This document shows positions 10,373 through 19,377 of a stretch of 64,000 nucleotides of DNA, piece after piece. Source of the stretch: Bacilli bacterium. Its GTDB lineage: Bacteria; Bacillota_I; Bacilli_A; RF39; UBA660. Made by a program: the position numbers and the translations under genes. The stretch spans positions 6,065 through 70,064 of the forward strand of contig JAFSAI010000037.1 in the NCBI GenBank assembly GCA_017441065.1. Direction: 5' to 3'. The notes under the pieces are model-generated. The model saw only the letters and a list, made by a program, of their open reading frames with translations. It made no database searches and was not told the DNA's origin. Position 1 is the first letter of the stretch. Each line of letters starts with the position of its first letter.

Positions 10373-11386
10373 ATGAAAAAGAAAATATCAATATTTTTAT
10401 TAGTTTTAAGTTTATTATGTACAGGATGCGGAAAAGAAGAAAATAAACCGATAGAAAACAATAAAGAAAATGAACCTATAGTAGAACCGAAAGAAGTACA
10501 AATTGTAGATTTAAATAGTAATGAAAGACCAATTGCAGTTATGATTAATACTCATAAAGATGCTAGACCTCAATCAGGACTTAGTGATGCATACATGATA
10601 TATGAAATTATGGTTGAAGGTGGCATTACTAGAATGATGGCATTATATACCCAAGATTTTGATGAAGAAAAAATTGGATCAATAAGAAGTTCTAGACACA
10701 ATTATTTAGATTATGTTTTAGAAAATGATGCAATTTATATTCACTGGGGTGGATCTGATGTGGCATATAATCATTTAGCAGAATTAAAATTAGATAGAAT
10801 AGATGGAATGGTATATGGTGGTAAATATTTTACTACTGATAAAACATTAAAACGATCATTAGAACATACGAGATTCTCATCATCAGAACTTATTAAGCAA
10901 GGAATAGAAAAATTAAAATTAAGAACAACAACAGATAGAGATTATTTATTAAATTACACTGCTGATGTAGTAGATTTATCTAAAAAAGATGGAAGCAAAG
11001 TTGCAAATAATATTACTTTAAAATATTCTAATTATCAAACTGTTGGGTACGAATATAATAGTGATGAAAAAGTATATTATCGTAGCATGAGTGGACAAAA
11101 ACATACAGATTTAGTAACTGGTGAACAATATCATTTTAAAAATATAATTGCATATTCAGTTAAATATAATTCATTAAATGGAACAAAATTACAAGATTTA
11201 CAAAATATTGGTTCAGGCGAAGGAGTATATATAACTAATGGTTATAGTGTACCAATTAAATGGACTAAAAAAGATAGAAAAAGTCAAACAATATATACTT
11301 ATTTAGATGGTACTGAAATAGATGTATCTGATGGTAATACATTTATTCAAATTTATCCAACAACAGGAGAATTAAAAATTAGTTAA
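10373..11386 (+). CDS. DUF3048 (YerB-like) lipoprotein
   Basis: Lipoprotein-type signal LLSLLCTGCG. The core PIAVMINTHKDARPQSGLSDAYMIYEIMVEGGITRMMALY is characteristic of DUF3048. Confidence 0.7.
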   Translation: MKKKISIFLLVLSLLCTGCGKEENKPIENNKENEPIVEPKEVQIVDLNSNERPIAVMINTHKDARPQSGLSDAYMIYEIMVEGGITRMMALYTQDFDEEKIGSIRSSRHNYLDYVLENDAIYIHWGGSDVAYNHLAELKLDRIDGMVYGGKYFTTDKTLKRSLEHTRFSSSELIKQGIEKLKLRTTTDRDYLLNYTADVVDLSKKDGSKVANNITLKYSNYQTVGYEYNSDEKVYYRSMSGQKHTDLVTGEQYHFKNIIAYSVKYNSLNGTKLQDLQNIGSGEGVYITNGYSVPIKWTKKDRKSQTIYTYLDGTEIDVSDGNTFIQIYPTTGELKIS

Positions 11387-11433
11387 ATATCACAAAAGAA
11401 TTATTTAATCATATAATTTATTAGAGGTGTTAT

Positions 11434-11676
11434 ATGAATTTAAATGATTCTTTTTTTAATAAGGTAGAGAAAAAAACTAAGGTAGATAAAAATACTATAT
11501 TAGGTCTAGCCGAAAAACTACAAAAAGGAAATATGAAAGATGAAAATACTTTAAGAGAGATAATAGAAACTTTAAGTAAAATGACAGGCAAAAAAGTTTC
11601 AAAAGAGCAAAGTGATAAAATCATTTCTAAAGTAATTGATGGAAGTGTACCAAGTAATATAGATAAGATGTTTTAA
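11434..11676 (+). CDS. Stage VI sporulation protein F (SpoVIF/YjcC)-like
   Basis: FFNKVEKKTKV...LAEKLQKGNMKDENTLREII...KVSKEQSDKII follows the B. subtilis SpoVIF pattern FFKNIEKKTGV...LQNANFKDENTVR...VPKELEDKIV. Confidence 0.7.
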   Translation: MNLNDSFFNKVEKKTKVDKNTILGLAEKLQKGNMKDENTLREIIETLSKMTGKKVSKEQSDKIISKVIDGSVPSNIDKMF

Positions 11677-11756
11677 ATGTCAATTTTGTTCGTAAAATAA
11701 TTGCATTAAGATATTTTTTGTGTTAATCTATTTATAGAATAAAGAGGTGCTTTCAC

Positions 11757-12611
11757 ATGGAAGAGTTTTTAACAAAGTTATATAGCTACGAATATTTTGG
11801 AATATACTTAATAATTTCTATTATTGTATTAATATTACTATTTGTAGTTATTTTATTTTTTGGAAAGAAAGATCAAAAAGAAAGAGAAATAATTGCAACT
11901 AAAAAATTGCAACAAATAAATGAAGATGCATTTAAAGAAGATAGTATTGAAGAAAGATTAGAAGTTACAAACGAAGAAAAATTAGAAAACGATACTATTA
12001 TTGTTCCAACAATAGATGAAGTTCCAACTGTTATGGAAACATCTGAAAATGAAATACCAGAACCAATTTTACCAGTTGTTGAAGATACAACCGTTGAAGA
12101 AGTAATTGAACCAGTAATGAATGTTCCAGTAGATGAAACTCCAGTTCTTACTTCAGAAAGTGAAGTAGTTGAAGAAATTGCTCCATTACTTGAAAAAATA
12201 GAAGAAAAACCATTAGTATTTAATGATATTGTTGAAGCTGAAGTTGTTGATATTAAATTAGAAGCACCAATAGAAGAACCTAAAGAAATTGAAGTTCCAG
12301 CATTTAATTTTGATGAAATAGTTAAAAGTGTAGAAGAAACAAAGAAAGAACAAACATTTACAAAAGGACCAGAAATTTTTAGTTCAGTGTATGTTCCAGA
12401 AAAAGAAGTAGAACTTCCTAAAGTTGAAGAACCAAAAGAAGTTAAAAATGATTTAGGATTTGAATTACCAACATTAAAAAAGGCTACACCAGTTGAAGAA
12501 CCTAAAGAAGAAATTGTACAAGAAGTAAAAGAGGAGAAAATTGAAATGCCAGTATTAAATGATTATAATTTAGATAATCTATCTGGTGAAACATACAATA
12601 TAAATAAATAA
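11757..12611 (+). CDS. N-terminally membrane-anchored, highly acidic E/P/V-rich protein of unknown function
   Basis: One TM segment (IYLIISIIVLILLFVVILFF) is followed by about 240 aa of low-complexity E, P, V and K. RBS is AGAGG. Confidence 0.6.
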   Translation: MEEFLTKLYSYEYFGIYLIISIIVLILLFVVILFFGKKDQKEREIIATKKLQQINEDAFKEDSIEERLEVTNEEKLENDTIIVPTIDEVPTVMETSENEIPEPILPVVEDTTVEEVIEPVMNVPVDETPVLTSESEVVEEIAPLLEKIEEKPLVFNDIVEAEVVDIKLEAPIEEPKEIEVPAFNFDEIVKSVEETKKEQTFTKGPEIFSSVYVPEKEVELPKVEEPKEVKNDLGFELPTLKKATPVEEPKEEIVQEVKEEKIEMPVLNDYNLDNLSGETYNINK

Positions 12612-12615
12612 TTTA

Positions 12616-12638
12616 ATCCACAATTTGTGGATTTTTTT
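12616..12638 (+). terminator. Rho-independent terminator
   Basis: atccac/gtggat stem followed by a T7 run. Confidence 0.6.
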
Positions 12639-12688
12639 ATTAGTAAAGAAAGTGTAAGTAACAAATGTCAAAATTTGTCTAAGTCCGG

Positions 12689-12717
12689 TTGAATGCTTGT
12701 TTTTCTTGTGTTACAAT
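12689..12717 (+). promoter_or_regulatory. Sigma-A type promoter of parE-parC
   Basis: TTGAAT (12689-94), a 17-nt spacer, then TACAAT (12712-17). Confidence 0.55.
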
Positions 12718-12734
12718 AAGTATGGTGAATAGAT

Positions 12735-14642
12735 ATGACAAAATATGACGCATCATCAATTAAGATTTTAGAAGGATTAGAAGCAGTTAGAAAAAGACCT
12801 GGTATGTATATTGGTAGTACAGACAAAAGAGGTCTTCATCATTTAGTATGGGAAATTGTTGATAATTCAATAGATGAAATTATAAATGGATATGGTAACT
12901 ATATTAAAATAGTTTTACATAAAGATGGAAGTATTACAATAGCGGACAATGGTCGTGGTGTACCAATTGGAATGCATGAAAGTGGTAAGTCAACTCCTGA
13001 AGTTATTTATACAATATTGCATGCTGGCGGTAAATTTGAAGAAGGAAACTATAAAGTAAGTGGAGGTCTTCATGGTGTTGGTGGATCTGTTGTTAATGCC
13101 TTAAGTAAGAAAATGGATGTTTTAATTTATCGTGAAGGTATTATTTCAAATATTAGATTTATAGATGGTGGTAAAGTAGAATCGCCACTAAAAACAATTG
13201 GAAATTCTAATAAAACTGGTACTGTAGTAACATTCTTACCAGATTATGAAATATTTAAAAATTGCAGTTTTTCGTATACAACCATATGTGAAAGAATGCA
13301 AGAAAGTGCATTTTTAATTCCTAATATAACAATTGAAGTAATTGATGAAGATAGTAATAGACAAGTTAAATATCATTATGAAGAAGGTTTAACTAATTTT
13401 GTTGAGTATATAAATGAAGATAAAAATACATTACATAAAGTATTAAATTTTAGTGGAAATAAAAATAATATTGAAGTAAATGTAGCATTACAATATACAG
13501 ATACATATAACGAAAATATTATTTCTTTTGTTAACAATGTTAAAACTACTGATGGTGGTACTCATGAAGTTGGTTTTAAAACAGGTATAACAAAAGCTTT
13601 TAATGATTATGTAAAAGCAAATAATGTAATTAAAGGAAAAGACAATACTTTTGATGGTAGTGATGTAAGAGAAGGATTAAGTGTTGTTATTAACTTAAGA
13701 ATTCCAGAAAACTTGTTACAATTTGAAGGACAAACTAAAGGAAAATTAGGAACTCCCGAAGCAAGAAGTATTACGGAAAGTGTTACTTATGAAAATATAA
13801 AATTCTTTTTAGAAGAAAACAAAGAAATTGCACTTAATATAGTAGAGAAAGCTGCTAAAAGTAAAATAGCTAGAGAAGCAGCTAGAAAAGCAAGAGAAGA
13901 TGCTCGTAATGGTAAAGGCAAAAATAAGATAGAAAAGAATTTATCTGGAAAACTAGCCCCAGCTACTAGTAAAAATTCTAAAATAAATGAACTTTTTTTA
14001 GTAGAAGGTGATTCTGCTGGTGGATCTGCAAAAAGTGGAAGAGATAGAAAATTTCAAGCTATATTACCACTTAGAGGTAAAGTTATTAATGCTGAAAAAA
14101 CTAGTGTAGCAGAAATACTAAAAAATGAAGAAATAAATACAATTATTCATACAATAGGAGCAGGTCTTGGTAATGAATTTATTGTAGAAGATTCTAATTA
14201 TGATAAAGTAATTATTATGACTGATGCCGATGTCGATGGTTCTCATATTCAAATATTACTTTTAACATTCTTTTATCGTTTTATGCGTCCATTAATTGAA
14301 GCTGGTAAACTTTATATAGCAAAGCCACCTTTATATAAAATTGATTATGGTAAGAAACATTTTTATGCTTACTCAGATGACGAAAGATTTAAAATTGTTG
14401 CGGAAAATGCAGGAAAACCTGATATATCAAGAAATAAAGGTTTAGGTGAAATGAATGCAGATGAACTTTGGGATACAACAATGAATCCTGATACAAGAAG
14501 TTTAATTAGAGTTAATATTTATGATGCTGCATTGGCAGAAAAAAGAGTAAATGTTTTAATGGGAGATAAAGTAGAACCAAGAAAAGAATGGATTGAAGAA
14601 AACATAGAATTTACTATGGAAGATGATTATAGAGTTAGTTAA
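12735..14642 (+). CDS. parE: DNA topoisomerase IV subunit B
   Basis: Carries the GHKL ATPase, TOPRIM and tail motifs (LEGLEAVRKRPGMYIGST, EGDSAGGSAK, IMTDADVDGSHI). It is paired with a ParC-type A subunit. Confidence 0.8.
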   Translation: MTKYDASSIKILEGLEAVRKRPGMYIGSTDKRGLHHLVWEIVDNSIDEIINGYGNYIKIVLHKDGSITIADNGRGVPIGMHESGKSTPEVIYTILHAGGKFEEGNYKVSGGLHGVGGSVVNALSKKMDVLIYREGIISNIRFIDGGKVESPLKTIGNSNKTGTVVTFLPDYEIFKNCSFSYTTICERMQESAFLIPNITIEVIDEDSNRQVKYHYEEGLTNFVEYINEDKNTLHKVLNFSGNKNNIEVNVALQYTDTYNENIISFVNNVKTTDGGTHEVGFKTGITKAFNDYVKANNVIKGKDNTFDGSDVREGLSVVINLRIPENLLQFEGQTKGKLGTPEARSITESVTYENIKFFLEENKEIALNIVEKAAKSKIAREAARKAREDARNGKGKNKIEKNLSGKLAPATSKNSKINELFLVEGDSAGGSAKSGRDRKFQAILPLRGKVINAEKTSVAEILKNEEINTIIHTIGAGLGNEFIVEDSNYDKVIIMTDADVDGSHIQILLLTFFYRFMRPLIEAGKLYIAKPPLYKIDYGKKHFYAYSDDERFKIVAENAGKPDISRNKGLGEMNADELWDTTMNPDTRSLIRVNIYDAALAEKRVNVLMGDKVEPRKEWIEENIEFTMEDDYRVS

Positions 14643-14655
14643 TTAAGGTGATTAT

Positions 14656-17142
14656 ATGCAAGAAATATTAAAAAGAATAGAAGATTATGCATTAGAAGAA
14701 ATAATGGGTGAAAGATTTGCATCATATGCTAAAGAAATTATTCAAGATAGAGCAATACCAGATGTAAGAGATGGTCTTAAACCTGTTCAAAGAAGAATTC
14801 TTTATGCAATGTATAATGCAAATAATACATATGATAAAAAATATATTAAGAGTGCAGCGACTGTTGGAGATGTTTTAGGTAAATACCATCCACATGGCGA
14901 TTCATCTGTTTACGATGCAATGGTTCGTATGAGTCAATGGTGGAAACAAAATGCCATTCTTGTTGATATGAAAGGTAACAATGGTTCAATGGATGGTGAT
15001 AGTGCTGCGGCATATCGTTATACTGAAGCAAGACTTTCAAAAATAAGCAATGAATTATTATGTGACTTAGAAAAAGAAACTGTTGAATGGGCACCTAACT
15101 TTGATGATAGAATGCTTGAACCAACAGTGTTACCTGCTAAATTTCCAAATTTACTTGTAAATGGAACAATGGGAATAAGTGCAGGATATGCTACAAATAT
15201 ACCTCCACATAATTTAGGTGAAATAATTGATGCTACAATAAAAAGAATTGATTCACCTAATTGTTATTTAGATTCTATTTTAGAAATTGTCATAGGACCA
15301 GATTTTCCAACTGGTGGAATAGTTGAAGGAAAAAATGGTATAAGAGAAGCTTTCAAAACTGGTAAGGGTAGAGTAATAGTTAAATCTAAATATGAAATAG
15401 TTAAAGAAAAAGGAAAAGAAAAAATAATTATTTCTGAAATACCTTTTGATGTTAATAAAGCATTACTTGTTAACAAAATTGATGCGATAAGAATTGATAA
15501 GAAAATTGATGGCATGGCTGAAGTTAGAGATGAATCTGACCGTGAAGGATTAAGAATTGCAATTGATTTAAAAAGTGGTGCAAATAGTGAAATTATACTT
15601 AACTATTTACTTAAAAATACAGATTTACAAATATCATATAATTACAATATGGTTGCTATAGTAAATCGTTGTCCTAAAACTTTAGGAATTTTAGAAATAC
15701 TAGATGCATACATTGCTCATCAAAGAGATGTAATACTTAAAAGAACAAAATTTGATTTAAGAGTTAAAGAAAAAAGATTACATATAGTAGATGGTTTAAT
15801 AAAATGTATTTCAATATTAGATGAAGTAATAAAGGTTATTAGAGCAAGTAAAAATAAAGGAGATGCTAAAAATAATTTAGTAGATAAATTTGGTTTTACT
15901 TTAGAACAAGCAGAAGCAATAGTAAGTTTACAATTATATAGACTTACAAATACAGATGTAGTTGCATTAGAAGAAGAAATGGAATTACTTCGTAAATTAA
16001 TTGAAGGCCTTAAAGCTATTTTAAGTGATGAAGAAGCATTGAAATATGTTATGAAGAAAGAATTAAAAATTTTAAAGAAAGAATATGCTATTCCAAGAAA
16101 AACACAAATAGTTGATGAAATAACAGAAATAAAATTAGATTTAACAAGTATGATTCAAAAAGAAAATGTTCATGTAGTAGTAACTAATGAAGGTTATGTA
16201 AAAAGAGTATCGACAAAATCATTTAATTCATCTGATGGAGATACATTACTTAAACCTGGAGATTATATAACTAATTTATTTGAAACTTCTACTTTAGATA
16301 ATTTAGTATTATTTACAAATTTAGGGAATTATTTATTCATACCAGTTTATAAAATATTTGAAGCAAAATGGAAAGAACTGGGTAAACATATTAGTAATAT
16401 AGTGCCACTTCAAGAAGGAGAAAGACTAGTTGCATCATTTATTTTAGAGGAAGATACAACATTAACTTTATTTACAAAAAATGGTATGGTTAAAAATATT
16501 TTAATGCAAGATTTAATTGTTACAAGATATAGTAAAACAATGACTGCAATTAAATTAAAAGAAGATGATGAATTAGTAAATGTATCAAATAGTGATAACG
16601 AAACATTAATTATTACAAAAAATGGATATTATTTAAGATATAATACTGAAGAAATACCGGTAGTTGGTCCAAAAGCTAGTGGTGTTAAAGGAATTAATTT
16701 ATCAGATGATGAAGTAATATATGGTGGTAATATAAATGAAGCAAGTGAATATTTAGATATATTTACAAATAACAATACTGCTAAAAGAGTAAAACTTACT
16801 GATTTAAAATCACTTTCTAGAGCTAAAAAAGGTAATATGTTAATTAAGAAAAATAAAACAGTTACTTACTCAATTGTTAATGCTTATATTACAAATGCAA
16901 GAGATACAATTATCATAAAAAGTGATAGTGAAATAAAAGAAATAAAAAATAGCGAAATACCTATAATGGACTTAGCTAGTAATGGAAGTAGTATAGGTAA
17001 AGGTCATATTGATAAGTTTGATTTAAAATATAATATTATTACTTCAATAAAAAAAGATGAAGATAAAGAGATAAAAAAGGAAGTAAAAGAAAAAGATAAA
17101 CAAGTATCTTTTGAAGATTTTGCTAAAGACTTTAAGTTATAA
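14656..17142 (+). CDS. parC: DNA topoisomerase IV subunit A
   Basis: LEEIMGERFASYAKEIIQDRAIPDVRDGLKPVQRRILY and MVRMSQWWK match ParC rather than GyrA (GyrA has PVHRRILY and MAQDF). I saw no GyrA-box (QRRGGKG) in the C-terminal domain. Confidence 0.8.
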   Translation: MQEILKRIEDYALEEIMGERFASYAKEIIQDRAIPDVRDGLKPVQRRILYAMYNANNTYDKKYIKSAATVGDVLGKYHPHGDSSVYDAMVRMSQWWKQNAILVDMKGNNGSMDGDSAAAYRYTEARLSKISNELLCDLEKETVEWAPNFDDRMLEPTVLPAKFPNLLVNGTMGISAGYATNIPPHNLGEIIDATIKRIDSPNCYLDSILEIVIGPDFPTGGIVEGKNGIREAFKTGKGRVIVKSKYEIVKEKGKEKIIISEIPFDVNKALLVNKIDAIRIDKKIDGMAEVRDESDREGLRIAIDLKSGANSEIILNYLLKNTDLQISYNYNMVAIVNRCPKTLGILEILDAYIAHQRDVILKRTKFDLRVKEKRLHIVDGLIKCISILDEVIKVIRASKNKGDAKNNLVDKFGFTLEQAEAIVSLQLYRLTNTDVVALEEEMELLRKLIEGLKAILSDEEALKYVMKKELKILKKEYAIPRKTQIVDEITEIKLDLTSMIQKENVHVVVTNEGYVKRVSTKSFNSSDGDTLLKPGDYITNLFETSTLDNLVLFTNLGNYLFIPVYKIFEAKWKELGKHISNIVPLQEGERLVASFILEEDTTLTLFTKNGMVKNILMQDLIVTRYSKTMTAIKLKEDDELVNVSNSDNETLIITKNGYYLRYNTEEIPVVGPKASGVKGINLSDDEVIYGGNINEASEYLDIFTNNNTAKRVKLTDLKSLSRAKKGNMLIKKNKTVTYSIVNAYITNARDTIIIKSDSEIKEIKNSEIPIMDLASNGSSIGKGHIDKFDLKYNIITSIKKDEDKEIKKEVKEKDKQVSFEDFAKDFKL

Positions 17143-17146
17143 TAAA

Positions 17147-17182
17147 ATCACCTAGTAACATATAATATACTAGGTGATTTTT
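17147..17182 (+). terminator. Terminator after parC
   Basis: An 11-bp stem atcacctagta/tactaggtgat followed by a T-run. The 3' arm contains AGGTGA, which is the only RBS-like element for the next gene. Confidence 0.65.
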
Positions 17183-17183
17183 C

Positions 17184-17543
17184 ATGAGTAAAAAAGAAGA
17201 ATTTAAAGAATTTATTAGAAACAAACCAGAACTGGTGGAATATATAAAAAATGATGAAATGACAATGCAAAAATTTTATGAAATTTACGATGTTTATGGT
17301 ACGGATGAGAATGCTTGGAAAGCCTATGAAAGAAAAAATGATACTTCAAATAATTTAAATAATTTTAAATTAACAGATATTATGAAAAAAATAAATGTTG
17401 ATGAATTACAAAAACATATTAATACTGCTCAAAAAGCTTTAGGGGTAGTAGAAGACCTAACTAGTAAAGGTACTAATACTATTAATAATGCTATAAAAGG
17501 ACCTTTATCAAGTAGACCTTTAAATAAATTTTTTGAGGATTAA
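17184..17543 (+). CDS. YlbD-like putative spore coat protein
   Basis: EEFKEFIRNKPELVEYIKN...FYEIYDVYGTDENAWKAY...RPLNKFFED parallels B. subtilis YlbD (EEFKTFVKKHPGL...YEEWYLLGEDDAVWEPY...HPFSFRKD). Confidence 0.65.
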   Translation: MSKKEEFKEFIRNKPELVEYIKNDEMTMQKFYEIYDVYGTDENAWKAYERKNDTSNNLNNFKLTDIMKKINVDELQKHINTAQKALGVVEDLTSKGTNTINNAIKGPLSSRPLNKFFED

Positions 17544-17544
17544 T

Positions 17545-17766
17545 ATGGAATATTTTTTGCAAGAAAAATATAATGAAGATAAAAAATTCAAAAAATATTT
17601 AGATGAAAATTCTAACTATATAAAGTATTTAAATCGTAATCCGGAAACATATAAAAATTTTATTAAAGAAATGAAAGAATTATATAAAGAAAGAACAAGT
17701 GACAAAATTAATGATGCAATAAACACTATTGATATTGTTAGTTCAATATTAGGAACTTTACAATAA
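17545..17766 (+). CDS. YlbE-like protein
   Basis: I chose the ATG at 17545, 5 nt after GAGGA, instead of the listed TTG at 17533. KYLNRNPETYKNFIKEMKELY resembles YlbE (RRLSRNP...FQIEALNYF). It follows the ylbD-like gene, as in Bacillus. Confidence 0.55.
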   Translation: MEYFLQEKYNEDKKFKKYLDENSNYIKYLNRNPETYKNFIKEMKELYKERTSDKINDAINTIDIVSSILGTLQ

Positions 17767-17796
17767 TAAATGTCGAAAAATAGCTTACGAAAAAAG

Positions 17797-17825
17797 TTTA
17801 CAATCCATATACATTATGATTAAAT
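17797..17825 (+). promoter_or_regulatory. Promoter of the small-peptide (toxin-like) transcript, locus 1
   Basis: TTTACA (17797-802), a 17-nt spacer, then an extended -10 TGaTTAAAT (17817-25). Confidence 0.45.
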
Positions 17826-17911
17826 GAATATGGAAGTGTTGAATATGGCGTCGCTTAAGAACTAACTTAACGGGGAGGTAGTATTGATCCTGAAAAGGAG
17901 GTGATGAGCGT

Positions 17912-18016
17912 ATGAAAGTGAAAACCCTAAACAAGTTTTTATTAGTAATAATAATATTAATGTTACTGATTGTATTAGTAATAGAAATAAAAAACGCCAT
18001 TCTAGTATTAAAATAG
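17912..18016 (+). CDS. 34-aa hydrophobic peptide, candidate type I toxin (MKVKTLNKFLLVIIILMLLIVLVIEIKNAILVLK)
   Basis: Not in the ORF track because it is under 60 aa. A strong SD AAAGGAGGTGA sits 7 nt upstream. The peptide has a single TM helix and is a homologue of the peptide at 33499..33597, with the same flanking RNA architecture. Confidence 0.5.
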   Translation: MKVKTLNKFLLVIIILMLLIVLVIEIKNAILVLK

Positions 18017-18061
18017 AATAGCGCTGCTTAAAAATTTAGGCGACGTGAAATTCACGCTTCC
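17989..18061 (-). ncRNA. Candidate cis-antisense sRNA (antitoxin-like) overlapping the 3' end of the 34-aa ORF
   Basis: The minus-strand promoter is TTGTAT (18097-18092), a 17-nt spacer, then TATACT (18074-18069). The minus-strand terminator is cgctattcta/tagaatggcg (18023-17995) followed by U6. That stem has a G-U pair on the minus strand but a C-A mismatch on the plus strand. Confidence 0.45.
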
Positions 18062-18121
18062 TAAGAAGAGTATATTATAAGTTAGAATAATATACAAGTA
18101 TATTTGGTAGATAAAATATTC

Positions 18122-18144
18122 AAGAATGAGAAATCATTCTTTTT
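18122..18144 (+). terminator. Terminator of the plus-strand small-peptide transcript
   Basis: aagaatga/tcattctt 8-bp stem, GAAA loop, then a T-run. Confidence 0.55.
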
Positions 18145-18200
18145 ATATTGTATTTTAAATTTTTAAGTGATATATTATCTCTTGCGAAAGAAGATGTATT

Positions 18201-18731
18201 ATGAATATCATAGCAGGCCTCAGTGTCTCATACATTTATTGCATAATTAATAATATACTTATAATAAATAGTGTTATAAAAAAATTATATAAACGTGGTT
18301 TTATAGTTGAGTTTGATTTAAAAAATCCAAAATTAAAGAAATTTATTTTAAAAGAAATAATTATAAATATTATACCTATTTTAAATATGTTACAGTCTTT
18401 AAAAGTTACTGTAAATTATATGAATAACGAAAGTGGATTAATCAAAGATGTAGAAGAAATTGGAACTACCAAAAAAGTTTCTTATTGGGAACAAAGTCAC
18501 ACTAAAAGAAAAAGTACATCATTAGGAATTATTTATAATCATCTAAAATATAAAAAAATGATGAAAAGAACTAAAAATAATGATTTAATAAGTCTTGATA
18601 TAAATACAGATAATATAGAACCTGTAAAATCATCAGACGATTTTATAATAAGTGATCAGTCTATAGAGGCTTTAGAATATGATGAACTAAAATTAGTTAG
18701 AAAGAAAAAGAATAAGCCAAAACATAAATAA
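18201..18731 (+). CDS. Hypothetical protein (hydrophobic N-terminus, lysine-rich C-terminus)
   Basis: 176-aa ORF with a weak RBS and no motif I recognise. Confidence 0.4.
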   Translation: MNIIAGLSVSYIYCIINNILIINSVIKKLYKRGFIVEFDLKNPKLKKFILKEIIINIIPILNMLQSLKVTVNYMNNESGLIKDVEEIGTTKKVSYWEQSHTKRKSTSLGIIYNHLKYKKMMKRTKNNDLISLDINTDNIEPVKSSDDFIISDQSIEALEYDELKLVRKKKNKPKHK

Positions 18732-18736
18732 ATTGC

Positions 18737-19279
18737 TTATTCTTTTATTAAGTAATCGTTAATACCATATTTTTCTTCGTTAGGATCAAAAAATAGTTCT
18801 AATCTGGGTGTTTTATAAGTTAAATAACCCATGATAATGTAAGTTAATAAAATAAGAATAATACTTATAATACGTTGATTTTTTATTTCCTTAGCTTGTA
18901 ACATTTTAATACCAATTAAGTTAACTATAACTATTGTTATTAACATAACTGAAATAGAAATAAACATATTTTCACCAAATATATAGTAAAGTGGTAAAAA
19001 CATTAATAAATATATAGGAATACTTCCAATAGCTTTTATAAAAGAAGTTAATAAAAAATTATGATTATCAATATCAAATTTTTTCATTATAAAATATTCA
19101 ATTACTCCATACATTAAAATAGTAGTATAAAGCATTTTCATATGTTCCCAAATACTTTCATTAACCGGGAAAAATATTGAAAAAACAGGATTTGGAAACC
19201 ACTCATATATAAAATGGCTTAAAAAACATAAGAGAAATGTACCAATAACATTAATAAAAAACATTTTTTTAAGACTCAT
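18737..19279 (-). CDS. DUF6512-like polytopic membrane protein
   Basis: HFIYEWFPNPVFSIFFPVNESIWEHMKMLY matches the conserved PVNES-WEH signature of this family. About 5 TM segments. Confidence 0.55.
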   Translation of the reverse strand: MSLKKMFFINVIGTFLLCFLSHFIYEWFPNPVFSIFFPVNESIWEHMKMLYTTILMYGVIEYFIMKKFDIDNHNFLLTSFIKAIGSIPIYLLMFLPLYYIFGENMFISISVMLITIVIVNLIGIKMLQAKEIKNQRIISIILILLTYIIMGYLTYKTPRLELFFDPNEEKYGINDYLIKE

Positions 19280-19377
19280 ATAATCACCTTAATATTAATA
19301 TATAAAATTTTAGAAAAAATATACTTTAAAAAATATATATGTTATAATCTACTTGATAAATTTTTAGGTGGTATACT

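Noticed and set aside
12735-17142. Alternative call of this pair as gyrB-gyrA
   Set aside because: The A subunit has ParC-type signatures (GERF..Y.K.IIQDRA.PD, PVQRRILY, MSQ.WK) and no GyrA box that I can see. The B subunit lacks the context of dnaA-dnaN-recF that usually precedes gyrB.
17147-17186. The parC terminator's 3' arm (AGGTGA) doubles as the only RBS of the ylbD-like gene, which could be a regulatory device
   Set aside because: Overlap of a terminator stem with the next RBS is common in compact AT-rich genomes. Without expression data I see no basis for a specific mechanism. It is recorded only as an observation.
17866-17892. cuuaaCGGGGAGGUAGuauugauCCUG resembles the 5' Alu-domain motif of Bacillus SRP (scRNA), GCGGGGAGGUAGCGGUGCCCUG
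   Set aside because: No SRP domain IV motif (GUCAGGUCCGGAAGGAAGCAGC-like) occurs anywhere nearby. The segment lies in the 5' UTR of a peptide ORF, so the 11-nt match is probably fortuitous and partly reflects SD-like GGAGG.
17785-18000. 71-aa minus-strand ORF in the track, covering the small-peptide locus
   Set aside because: It has no RBS and a low-complexity composition. It runs antisense to a well-signalled 34-aa ORF and through its promoter and leader. It is better explained as a chance ORF in AT-rich DNA.
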